Shown here in pieces: positions 31,958 through 40,744 of a stretch of DNA of 64,000 nucleotides. Each line of letters begins with the position of its first letter. Positions within the stretch are counted from its first letter, which is position 1. Below the pieces are notes generated by a model that worked only from the letters and a program-made list of their open reading frames with translations, did no database searches and was not told the DNA's origin. The position numbers were made by a program, and so were the translations under genes. The stretch is taken from sequence record DRR723986_5691. The stretch is one strand, 5' to 3'.

Positions 31958-32395
31958 CATCCAGGCGTAGATGGTGTCCAATGCGTCCTGCGAGACGAAC
32001 CGGAACCCGCAGGCGAGGTAAAAATCATTGGCGGGACTGCCGTTGAGGGCCATCAGCCGGATCGGCACTACAGCCGCTTCTGCCTCAGCCTTCAGGCCCT
32101 CGACGATTTCTCGGCCAAGCCCAAGCCCCTGAAAGGCCGGGCTGACATAAAGATGGTCGAGATAGAAATGGTCGGCGTGCCTGCGCACGACGAAAAAGCC
32201 GGCAATGTCTTCTTCCACCAGGATGATCCTTGTGTCTGTGGCAACAAAGCTGCCCAGGAAACGCTCCCTGGCCCGGCGAGGATCAAACCGTCCGACGGCT
32301 TCGAGACTCGGCCGCATTGCCTCGACGCGAATGTCGGCAAGCCTTTCCGCATCGGCCTCAGCTGCCGCTTCAATCCGGTAGATTTTTCGAGACAT
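31946..32395 (-). CDS. GNAT family N-acetyltransferase
   Basis: LDHLYVSPAFQGLGLG, SPANDFY. Confidence 0.85.
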   Translation of the reverse strand: MSRKIYRIEAAAEADAERLADIRVEAMRPSLEAVGRFDPRRARERFLGSFVATDTRIILVEEDIAGFFVVRRHADHFYLDHLYVSPAFQGLGLGREIVEGLKAEAEAAVVPIRLMALNGSPANDFYLACGFRFVSQDALDTIYAWMPGA

Positions 32396-32446
32396 TCGTT
32401 TCCTCGCCAGCGGGAGCCAGACGCAACCTGCCGTATCTGATCACCT

Positions 32447-33112
32447 TCACGGCGCGGGCAGTCTTGCAGACAGGCGCTCGACCAGTGCTTCTCCGGCAGC
32501 CTCGATATGTCGCCTCAGGATGTCGCAGGCTTCCGCGCCGTCCCGGCGGCGGCAGGCTTCAAGCAGGTCCCGGTGTTCCTGATGAGAACGCCGGGTGTAG
32601 TCGAGCTGCGCCGCCGCAAGCCTCAAGTACCGGTCGCCGGCCTCATTGAGCGCGGCAATCTGTGCCAGCAGCCGCGGCCTTGCGCAGGGTTCATACAGCG
32701 CGAAATGAAACGCCTTGTTCAAGGCTCCGAAGTTTTCCAGGTCCGACGCCTCGGCCCTGTCCTGAATGGCTGCGGCCCGGTCGATCTGGCTGTTCGTCAG
32801 CTCCGGAATGGCAAGGCGCAAGGCCAGTGTCTCCAGCGCCGCCCGCATTTCATAAACTTCCCTGAATTCCTCCGGATCAAGCGGGGCAACGATGGCGCCC
32901 TTGTTCGGCGGCATCTGCACCAGCCCTTCGGCCTCCAGCAGGCGCAGCGCATCTCGAACAGGCATCCGGCTGGTCTCGAACAACACCGCCAGCCGCTCCT
33001 GACGCAGCGCCTCGCCCGGTTTCAGCTCGCCCGAGACGATCTTTTCCCGCAGGGCATCGGCCACCCGAATGGCCTGATCTCCGGTTCTTTTTGCGCTTGT
33101 CCGCTCTGTCAT
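32447..33112 (-). CDS. GntR-family (FCD) transcriptional regulator
   Basis: LRQERLA..FETSRMPVRDAL; NKAFH and EH metal motifs. Confidence 0.9.
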   Translation of the reverse strand: MTERTSAKRTGDQAIRVADALREKIVSGELKPGEALRQERLAVLFETSRMPVRDALRLLEAEGLVQMPPNKGAIVAPLDPEEFREVYEMRAALETLALRLAIPELTNSQIDRAAAIQDRAEASDLENFGALNKAFHFALYEPCARPRLLAQIAALNEAGDRYLRLAAAQLDYTRRSHQEHRDLLEACRRRDGAEACDILRRHIEAAGEALVERLSARLPAP

Positions 33113-33179
33113 CTGTCCGTCCGGCTGGGTCCTTCCGCTTTCGTAGACAATCAGCGACTTGACTGCAATCCGGCAAATA

Positions 33180-33206
33180 TGTATCCAGTTTTTAAATTTG
33201 GATACA
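33180..33206. promoter_or_regulatory. Putative GntR operator
   Basis: TGTATCCA-N11-TGGATACA inverted repeat between the divergent genes. Confidence 0.55.
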
Positions 33207-33221
33207 AAAAGGATATTGCAG

Positions 33222-34385
33222 ATGACCGTCTCGCGATTGAAGGACATTCCGGGAATTGGCGTGGACAAGATGGGACAGGCCGCCGATGACGCCGGAAATT
33301 CCGACATGCTTCGGCTGGAGAACCTGGATACGGACCTTCGCCCGCCGGAGGAGGCGCTGGAAGCAACGCTGGCTGCCATCGGCCGGGATGACGCCAACAG
33401 CTATTTGCCGTTCCTGGGCACGAATGACATCCGCAGGGCCGCAACCAGCCGGATATCGGCCACCACCGGCCAGCCCTACGACTGGAATACCCAATGCGTC
33501 ATTTCGGCGGGCGGCCTGTCCGGCATCCTCAATGCCCTGCTGGCAATTCTGGAGCCGGGCGACGAGGTCATCATCACCGATCCCGCCTATGCGGGCCTGC
33601 TCAACCGCATCCGCCTGGCCGGCGGCGTTCCGAAGCTGGTGCCGCTAAGGGTGGTCGACGGCGGTTGGCGTATTGATCTGGAAGAACTGCGCCGCGCAGC
33701 CAGCGCCAGAACCCGGGCCGTTTTGACCATGAGCCCGTCCATGCCGACAGGCATCGTCCACACGGCCGAGGAATGGAACGCCATTGCGGAAGTCGTGATG
33801 CACACCGGCGCGTTCCTGCTGCATGACGCCGCCATGGAGCGTCTCCTTTACACCGGCAAGCCGGTGATCCACCCGGCCAGCCTGGATGGCATGGCGGAGC
33901 GCACGATAACGGTGGGCTGCGTTTCCAAGGAATACCGGATGATCGGCTGGCGGGTCGGCTGGACGGTCGGCCCCGCCCCGATCATGGCGGACATCGGCCT
34001 TGTCAGCCTCACCAACGTCGTCTGCCAGGTCGGCATCGCAATGCCGGGCGCCGCGGCCGCCATCACCGCGAAAGACGACGGCATCGCCGCCGCAACGGCA
34101 ACCTGGAAAGCCCGCCGGGACATCATCCTGCAGGCACTGTCGGACCTGCCCGTCGTGCGCCCGGATGGCGGCTGGTCGCTGCTGATCGACACCGCCGAGC
34201 TTGGCTACTCCCCGGTGGAAGCCTCCCGGTTGCTGTTCGAAAAGGGGCGGATCGCGGCAACACCGATGACCGGCTGGGGCAGCGAGGACATCGCCGGACG
34301 CTACCTGCGTTTCGTCTTCGCCAACGAGCCGGCAGAAAGGCTCGGCGATATCCGCGAGCGGTTGCGCCTCGCCTGGCAGGTCTGA
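33222..34385 (+). CDS. Class I/II PLP-dependent aminotransferase
   Basis: SKEYRMIGWRVG, PSMPTG, YLRFVF; AAGGA RBS. Confidence 0.88.
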   Translation: MTVSRLKDIPGIGVDKMGQAADDAGNSDMLRLENLDTDLRPPEEALEATLAAIGRDDANSYLPFLGTNDIRRAATSRISATTGQPYDWNTQCVISAGGLSGILNALLAILEPGDEVIITDPAYAGLLNRIRLAGGVPKLVPLRVVDGGWRIDLEELRRAASARTRAVLTMSPSMPTGIVHTAEEWNAIAEVVMHTGAFLLHDAAMERLLYTGKPVIHPASLDGMAERTITVGCVSKEYRMIGWRVGWTVGPAPIMADIGLVSLTNVVCQVGIAMPGAAAAITAKDDGIAAATATWKARRDIILQALSDLPVVRPDGGWSLLIDTAELGYSPVEASRLLFEKGRIAATPMTGWGSEDIAGRYLRFVFANEPAERLGDIRERLRLAWQV

Positions 34386-34524
34386 CGGTACCGCGCCAGC
34401 CTCGACACCTCAGGAAAGCCCTGCCCGGGCTTTCTTCTTCTCTCACGTTCTACCCCCGGTTCGCACCGGTTTCATCACCCCGCTTGTGCCCAAAGGCACA
34501 GCTTTCCTCGAAAGGACGAAAGAC

Positions 34525-34905
34525 TTGACCACCCGCATCCCAACCCTGGCCGCCTGGCTGTTCCGGCTTGCTGCTCTCTGGATGCTGATCGGACTGGTGC
34601 TCGGCATCGTCATGGCGGCAAGCCATGACCACGCGCTCTCGCCGGTTCATGTGCACACCAACCTTCTCGGCTGGGCAACCCTGGCCCTGACCGGGCTCCT
34701 CTACACGGTAATCCCGGCCATGGCGGACAACAGGTTTGCCCGCCTGCACGTCTGGCTTCATGCGCTTGGTCTGCCGGTGATGATGGCGGCGCTGGCCGCC
34801 TATGCGCTTGGCCATACGGCGATGGAACCCGTCATCGCGGTTGGTGCGATCGCGGTCACCGCCGGGCTTGCCTTTTTCACGGTCAACCTGTTCCGGACGC
34901 TTTGA
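34525..34905 (+). CDS. Small 4-TM His-containing membrane protein
   Basis: AAAGGA RBS then TTG; GIVMAASHDH, PVHVHTNLLGW. Confidence 0.7.
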   Translation: MTTRIPTLAAWLFRLAALWMLIGLVLGIVMAASHDHALSPVHVHTNLLGWATLALTGLLYTVIPAMADNRFARLHVWLHALGLPVMMAALAAYALGHTAMEPVIAVGAIAVTAGLAFFTVNLFRTL

Positions 34906-35104
34906 CCGGACGGGTTTCACCCAACTCGCCAAAGTTCCGTGTCCGGGGCCCGCAGTGGCAACACTGCGGGCCATTTCCGTTTGCCGACGAACCGGCACAC
35001 AATCGCCGGCCTGTCTTGACAGCGTCAGACCTGGCCGTCCCTATATCACCAGTTGTGCCGGGGACGACTCGGCACCCCATCGGCAAACCGCAAGGAGACG
35101 GCGC

Positions 35105-36172
35105 ATGAAGATCGGCAAGACCACGGTAACGGCAGCCTGCGCATTGGCCATCGCCTCGTCTGGCCTGCTGGCGCCACGCCTTGCGGATGCCTGCACCCGG
35201 GTGGTCTATCTCGGTGCCAGCGAGCAGGTGATCACCGCCCGCTCGATGGACTGGAAAACCGATGTCGGCACGAACCTCTGGCTGTTCCCGCGCGGCATGA
35301 AGCGCAATGGCGAGGCCGGTGAAAACTCCCTGGAATGGACCTCGAAATACGGCAGCGTGATTGCCTCCGGATACGACATTTCAACGACCGACGGCATGAA
35401 CGAAGCCGGGCTTGTCGCCAATGTGCTGTGGCTGGTGGAATCCGAGTATCCAGAATACGACAGCTCCAAACCCGGCCTGACAATCGCCGCCTGGGCGCAA
35501 TATGTGCTCGACAATTTCGCAACCGTTGAAGAGGCCGTCCGCGCGCTGGAGGCCGAACCCTTCACCCTCTTCAGCGACAATGTTCCAGGCGAAGAACGCC
35601 TCGCCACCCTGCACCTGTCCCTGTCGGATGCAAGCGGCGACAGCGCCATCGTGGAATATATCGGCGGCAAGCAGGTGATCCACCACAGCCGCGCCTACCA
35701 GGTGATGACCAACTCGCCCACCTTCGAAGAACAGCTGGCTCTGAACCAGTACTGGAAGGAAATCGGCGGCACTGTCATGTTGCCGGGCACCAACCGTGCT
35801 GCGGACCGCTTTGCCCGCGCATCGTTCTATGTCGACGCCATCCCGAGAACCGAAAGCCCGGTCGAAACGATTGCCAGCGTCTTCGGCGTCATCCGCAATG
35901 TCTCTGTGCCGCTCGGCATCACCACGCCAGACCAGCCGAACATCTCCTCCACCCGCTGGCGCACCGTCGCCGACCAGAAGCGCAAGCTCTACTTCTTCGA
36001 ATCCGTGGTGACCCCGAACATCTTCTGGATCGATTTCAGCCAGGCCGACTTTTCGCCGGAAACCGGCAAGGTCATGAAACTCGACCTCGGCCCCAACCAG
36101 ACCAACATCTACTCCGGCATGGCCAACGCGCACTTCCAGGAAGCAGAACCGTTCCGGTTTCTGGGGCGGTAG
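35105..36172 (+). CDS. Linear amide C-N hydrolase (choloylglycine hydrolase / penicillin V acylase family)
   Basis: Signal peptide then ADA|CTR nucleophilic Cys; ARSMDW, DGMNEAGL, MTNSP, DRFARA. Confidence 0.9.
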   Translation: MKIGKTTVTAACALAIASSGLLAPRLADACTRVVYLGASEQVITARSMDWKTDVGTNLWLFPRGMKRNGEAGENSLEWTSKYGSVIASGYDISTTDGMNEAGLVANVLWLVESEYPEYDSSKPGLTIAAWAQYVLDNFATVEEAVRALEAEPFTLFSDNVPGEERLATLHLSLSDASGDSAIVEYIGGKQVIHHSRAYQVMTNSPTFEEQLALNQYWKEIGGTVMLPGTNRAADRFARASFYVDAIPRTESPVETIASVFGVIRNVSVPLGITTPDQPNISSTRWRTVADQKRKLYFFESVVTPNIFWIDFSQADFSPETGKVMKLDLGPNQTNIYSGMANAHFQEAEPFRFLGR

Positions 36173-36199
36173 GACGCGGGAAGGGCTGCTTTGCGTCGT

Positions 36200-36365
36200 C
36201 AAGGCGGACTATCACTGGTTTTCGGTCCGATCTGCAAAGCCACCGTTCGTTGCGCTACGCACGAAGGTTCATAGAGGGCGGGAAGCGGTCTTTCGTTGCG
36301 GATCGCACGAATGGCGGCAATGCGGACAGAACAGTGATTGGCGTTTCTGACACGACGGCTGCTTA
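36200..36365. repeat. Degenerate hairpin repeat cluster 1 (left edge of the AT-richer island)
   Basis: TTCGTTGCG-NNN-CGCACGAA twice (36246-36265, 36292-36311); 36282-36313 matches 38874-38905 at 22/32 ungapped. Confidence 0.7.
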
Positions 36366-36458
36366 CCAAATTTCGCGACGACAGCAAAAACAGTAGGGGC
36401 AAAATCAGAGCTTCGAAATTTAGCAATATTTTGGGAATTGAGTGCTGATTTGCACCAC

Positions 36459-37715
36459 TCAATTTGAATCCCCATGGTTCCGTTTCTTGGGGAACGCAGG
36501 AAACAGATTCTTCTGGACGGTTACTCTTACGACATCTTCGTCCTGGATAGATGAGCGGCGCAAGTGACCGGCCTGCGTGAACACTTCAATGTCTTGATTT
36601 TCGATCAACACTTTCTTTAAGTCGTCTGAATGGATCGTCGTGTCGTTGTAAATAGATGCCTTTAACATACCGACTGTTATTGTATCGCCGAATTCAGCAA
36701 TAAATTGCGGCAGGTCGTTATGGAGCGCCGCCACATTCTTCGGGCGCATGTCGCTGCCCCAATCGAGAGTACCGAGGCCGCTATCATCGCTTCGATAGTC
36801 AAGCATTTTTAAACCCGATTTACCAAAATGCGCCTGCCCACCAGCATTGAGATGCAAAACGTCGTTGTAGACTTCTCTTGCCCGGTGGCTCTTCGAGAAA
36901 TGCATAAGCCAGTAATTGTAGCCTGTATTGTTGGCGCGATTGATCGCAAAGGGGCTTACGTAATTCGCGATATTGAGAACTTCTCCATGTAAAATGCGCT
37001 CAACGGCGCCAAGCCATTCGCCTTTGGTGCGCAGCGCTTCATCACCAAAGAACTGATCTTGTTTGACCCCAAAGTCTGTGATCAGTTTGTGCGTTTTCTG
37101 AGGATTGTTCCAGGAAGAGTAGTTGAGTAAGGCACCGATCATGAAGGTGAAGAACACTTCCGGATTCTTGAAGGAAACGACTATGTCTTGAATCGTTTGC
37201 AGTCCCACCTGCGTGTATCCGCAGGGATCAAGGTTGAACAAAACATTGGAATGCTTGGTCTCGAGGATTCGTCGCTTGATATCTCCGTAAACTTCTTCAA
37301 ACCTCCTTTCAAGTCGAACAATAGTGACCTGAAGTTTGTCGTTTCCTGCGTGTTCCTCTTGCCAAGCAGACAAATGCGGCCCCAGAGTCTGCCAAGCGTC
37401 ACTGGAATTGTCGTTGACGATAAACAAGCATTCTATTTCTAGATCGGGCAAGCCCTGATCCTTGCGCCAGATCGTGGTCTCATCTAGAAAACTGGCCAGT
37501 TCTTCCAAAAAAACAAGCGGGGAACCGGAAGCTCCACCTTCATAGACGCCGCCTCCGGCCATACCATCGACAATGGCGATTCTGAACCGACGATTCAGCG
37601 GAGTGCACTTTACCCGAAGATAGTTGTGAAAATACGAGCGTAGAATGTCGAGCTTTTTTCGCGTGTGATCTTCGAGAACAACGCCTGAAGGCCAATCGTA
37701 TTCTTTTTTTGCCAA
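36459..37715 (-). CDS. tcmP: Three-Cys-motif partner protein (TcmP-like; predicted SAM-dependent methyltransferase fold)
   Basis: HTRKKLDILRSY, IVDGMAGGG, LFNLDPCGY; directly downstream of the DUF5131 gene; TTG start; atypical codon usage. Confidence 0.8.
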   Translation of the reverse strand: MAKKEYDWPSGVVLEDHTRKKLDILRSYFHNYLRVKCTPLNRRFRIAIVDGMAGGGVYEGGASGSPLVFLEELASFLDETTIWRKDQGLPDLEIECLFIVNDNSSDAWQTLGPHLSAWQEEHAGNDKLQVTIVRLERRFEEVYGDIKRRILETKHSNVLFNLDPCGYTQVGLQTIQDIVVSFKNPEVFFTFMIGALLNYSSWNNPQKTHKLITDFGVKQDQFFGDEALRTKGEWLGAVERILHGEVLNIANYVSPFAINRANNTGYNYWLMHFSKSHRAREVYNDVLHLNAGGQAHFGKSGLKMLDYRSDDSGLGTLDWGSDMRPKNVAALHNDLPQFIAEFGDTITVGMLKASIYNDTTIHSDDLKKVLIENQDIEVFTQAGHLRRSSIQDEDVVRVTVQKNLFPAFPKKRNHGDSN

Positions 37716-37752
37716 AGCCTAATTTCCCAATTTCCCGAGAGATTGTATTTTC

Positions 37753-38529
37753 TCAGAAACTTGCCTGAACTGGCATCTCGTCCCAGGTGCGTCCCCGATA
37801 TTGGCGCCCATTCAACTTTTTTGAGCGTCGCTTGTTATCTTTTCCCCAAGTGCCCCATTGCTTGAAGAAAAAAGCTGTCTCGCTAACACGGCATGCGTCA
37901 TGAATTTCATCTATCCAAGCTTCTTTGATTGGTCGTGCGCGCGAACCACTTTCACCACCAACAATCGCCCAGTGAATGTCGGTAAGATCAATTTCACCTA
38001 CGCTGGCGATAAGAGGTTCAAAGGATATGAACCGAATGGCTGCCGGTACTCTGCGCAGGTCATCAATTCGCGCACCCACCACTTCACTTTCAACGCTGGT
38101 GCCCAACCAGACATTCCGCAGTGGTTCAGTTTGAATACTGGGAACAATTTCTGCCATTCTGTCGGGTCGTTTTGTCAAAATCTGATAGTGATGATGCGGT
38201 GTTCGAGCCATCACGCTCCAGACTTCCTCGATGAAGCTGCTCGAGACACTCGGGTGAAACAGATCGCTCATGGAGTTTACGAAGATCTTCCGAGGCTTTT
38301 TCCATCGGACAGGAATTTCCAATGAAGCACGGTCTTCACGAACGGCACCGTTCCAGATCCTTCGACCACCCGACTTACGCGTCAGCCCGGAATACTTATC
38401 AACCCCCATTGCCTCAAGCCGGTAAGCCATCTGCATCGCATAGCAGTTCGTACAACCTGCGGACATGATGTTGCAGCCCGCGACAGGGTTCCAAGTCGCG
38501 TCAGTCCATTCAATTTCCGTCTCGGCCAT
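37753..38529 (-). CDS. DUF5131 (phage Gp37/Gp68) family protein, radical-SAM-like
   Basis: IEWTDATWNPVAGCNIMSAGCTNCYA (Cx6Cx2C), IFVNSMSDLFH, LTKRP, WAIVGGESG, FFFKQWG; GAGG RBS. Confidence 0.92.
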   Translation of the reverse strand: MAETEIEWTDATWNPVAGCNIMSAGCTNCYAMQMAYRLEAMGVDKYSGLTRKSGGRRIWNGAVREDRASLEIPVRWKKPRKIFVNSMSDLFHPSVSSSFIEEVWSVMARTPHHHYQILTKRPDRMAEIVPSIQTEPLRNVWLGTSVESEVVGARIDDLRRVPAAIRFISFEPLIASVGEIDLTDIHWAIVGGESGSRARPIKEAWIDEIHDACRVSETAFFFKQWGTWGKDNKRRSKKLNGRQYRGRTWDEMPVQASF

Positions 38530-38869
38530 TTGGCGCCTCATGCAGTCACTTGAAGATCCACTAAAACGCACAACGACATTTGCACGCAATAGTTCGACCA
38601 CCATTTATCGGTGTAGGGACCAGAAATCTCTACTCAATGAGATCAACATCAAGCGGTGATTTTGCAATGCTAAAATTTGATTGCCACTGTGGCGCTAGAA
38701 CTCGATTCTGGTTGCCAGCTTGTACGTAAACGAACGACAACTATTGGAAAGCCCGTGGATTTATTCAAAGAAGTATGAAAAATCCGGTAAGGGCCAATCG
38801 TTACCTAGGCCCACGTCAGCGTTCTGCGGTTCCTTACAGTTTGTGCTAACTTCAGCATTTGACCTTTGC

Positions 38870-38965
38870 GTTTGAAGCGTACCTCCGCTGCGCGAAGCAC
38901 CAATGTCTCGTTAGGGCCGGTATCGCCAGCGCATCCGCAACCGATGGATGTCAGCTAAACGCGAT
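38870..38965. repeat. Degenerate repeat cluster 2 (between the cargo modules)
   Basis: 38874-38905 resembles cluster 1; 38914-38963 matches 40417-40466 at 38/50 ungapped. Confidence 0.75.
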
Positions 38966-39299
38966 TCTAGAAGACGAGCAGACAGTCCGCTCCCGGCCCC
39001 ATAGAGGTCATTTTCTATCCTCCTGGTCGCTCCAAAATTTTGCCCCGAGCGGATTCTGTCGAGGTCAACGTCCTGCCACGACTGCGGGGAGCAAGGAGAG
39101 ATACAAACCACCATTTGTTTCCCGGATGTATTGGCACAGATTTTCTCTGACCCTGTCGATGGACGCACTGGCCTCACAATGATGACCAGATGGCCTCTCG
39201 TGAAACTGTTGTCCCCAAACTCGTTGCTAAGCTGCGCTCAAGAAGGCAACATGGTTGTCATAGGCTTGTGGAGATAACATTGCGACGCTGGGAGATATT

Positions 39300-40184
39300 A
39301 TGACAACTGACGAGCGTTTTGCACATGCCGCCGATTTACTGGTGAAGATTGCTGCATTTGCAGCTTCGCCAACTCTTGTGACTTTCGGTGCCGCATCAGC
39401 TGGCGGCTATCTAAATCTGAAGGCTTTGGTTGGCCTTGTAAAAAGTACTGACCTTGCCAGCCTTGTCGAAGAGGACTTGCGACGAGGGCTAAATGTTCCC
39501 GGCACCGAATTACCCGATGATGCGGATGTACTATTTTTTCAAATGCTAGAGTTTGGTGCTCCCAACTTACGCGATCTTGTGGAGTTGGACCTTTCCCCGG
39601 AGCGCATTGCGACCCTTATCTCTCACCGAGCGGACGGTCCAGACTACTCAGTTCCAGGACTACGTTCTTCCTTTGAGAGCTGGATTATTCCTCCGCTGAC
39701 AACCCTCCTCAATGACTCTGAATTTATTGCTTCACTTGCGCCAGATATCACCCGCAGGACGCTAGAAAGCCTTACGGCGATCGGCCTTGGAATAGAGACC
39801 TTGCAGCTAAATGGAGACGAGTTGCGGGTAGCTTTGGCCGAAACGACCGCTCTAGTTAAGAGCATCGATCAGTCAGTCACCGCAATTCGATCCGGAAAGC
39901 GTGATGAAGAAGGCGTCGAACCGGACTCCGACACCTCAGTTACCCACATTCTCGCGGCACGCATCGCTTTAGGAACCTACTCGGACGACGAAGTTCGGGA
40001 GATTCGCAGAAGATTGGAGGACTGCAAAAAACAATTCATGATGACCTTCCAAGGAAAGAACCGGGCAGTTTGCCTGTGTTTCGTTCTTGAGCAGGTGAAA
40101 GATGGCAATGGCGGAACACTACCCGATCCCGATTGGCAACGCGACTACAGCCAACTTGGCTGCGACAACAATTTAGCGCGATAA
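39300..40184 (+). CDS. Hypothetical protein (orphan, atypical codon usage)
   Basis: GGGAG RBS, 294-aa ORF in an AT-richer region; C-terminal 4-Cys domain. Confidence 0.75.
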   Translation: MTTDERFAHAADLLVKIAAFAASPTLVTFGAASAGGYLNLKALVGLVKSTDLASLVEEDLRRGLNVPGTELPDDADVLFFQMLEFGAPNLRDLVELDLSPERIATLISHRADGPDYSVPGLRSSFESWIIPPLTTLLNDSEFIASLAPDITRRTLESLTAIGLGIETLQLNGDELRVALAETTALVKSIDQSVTAIRSGKRDEEGVEPDSDTSVTHILAARIALGTYSDDEVREIRRRLEDCKKQFMMTFQGKNRAVCLCFVLEQVKDGNGGTLPDPDWQRDYSQLGCDNNLAR

Positions 40185-40244
40185 CTGAACTGGACGTTCC
40201 GGGGGATTGGTAGATTTCTTACTTGCCATAATCTTCCGTTTCAG

Positions 40245-40480
40245 CCACCGGCACAAACGACCATTTCCGCCCGCTATCGAGAGCAGACCTCTGTCCAACG
40301 ACCGTTTGGTCCCGCACAGTGAGCCTTGGCAAGAGTGCAGACAACGCAGCCGCAGCGCATGGCCGGTAGGACCGGTCGCAACGCAGTCTGCAATTTGACT
40401 GATGAACGGCAGCTTTGGGCCGGAATTGCCAACGCATGCTGGACCAACGAATGTCGGCTAAACCCGTTCGAGGCACGTAA
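40245..40480. repeat. Degenerate repeat cluster 3 (right edge of the island)
   Basis: Contains the 50-bp match to cluster 2, AACGGCAGCTTTGGGCCG, AATGTCGGCTAAAC, and a TGCAGAC...GTCTGCA stem (40336-40392). Confidence 0.7.
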
Positions 40481-40744
40481 CCCGACAATCCGCCTTCCGC
40501 CCCCCAAATCTACCAGTCGGCAAAGCGCCCCCCGGCTTACCGCTTTACTGGAACCGCCTCATAAAATTTCCTCACATTCCCTTACGTTAATTCTTGCATT
40601 ACCGCACACATCGGCCCACTATCCAGAGCAGTTACTTGTCATACAAAGCCCTGTGACGCGCCATTTCTTGTGCGCTTCAAAGCAAAAGAAAGATGTGCCT
40701 GCTGAAGGCATTCAAGGCGCGACAGTCGATCTGGAACCTGACGT

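Noticed and set aside
38859-39182. Short ORFs in the island spacers (also 36199-36475 and 40207-40868)
   Set aside because: They overlap the repeat clusters, lack an RBS or recognisable motifs, and look like translations of non-coding repeats.
36200-40480. Prophage remnant or classical integron
   Set aside because: The Gp37/Gp68 family name alone does not imply a prophage. There are no structural phage genes, no intI, and no clear RYYYAAC...GTTRRRY attC boxes.
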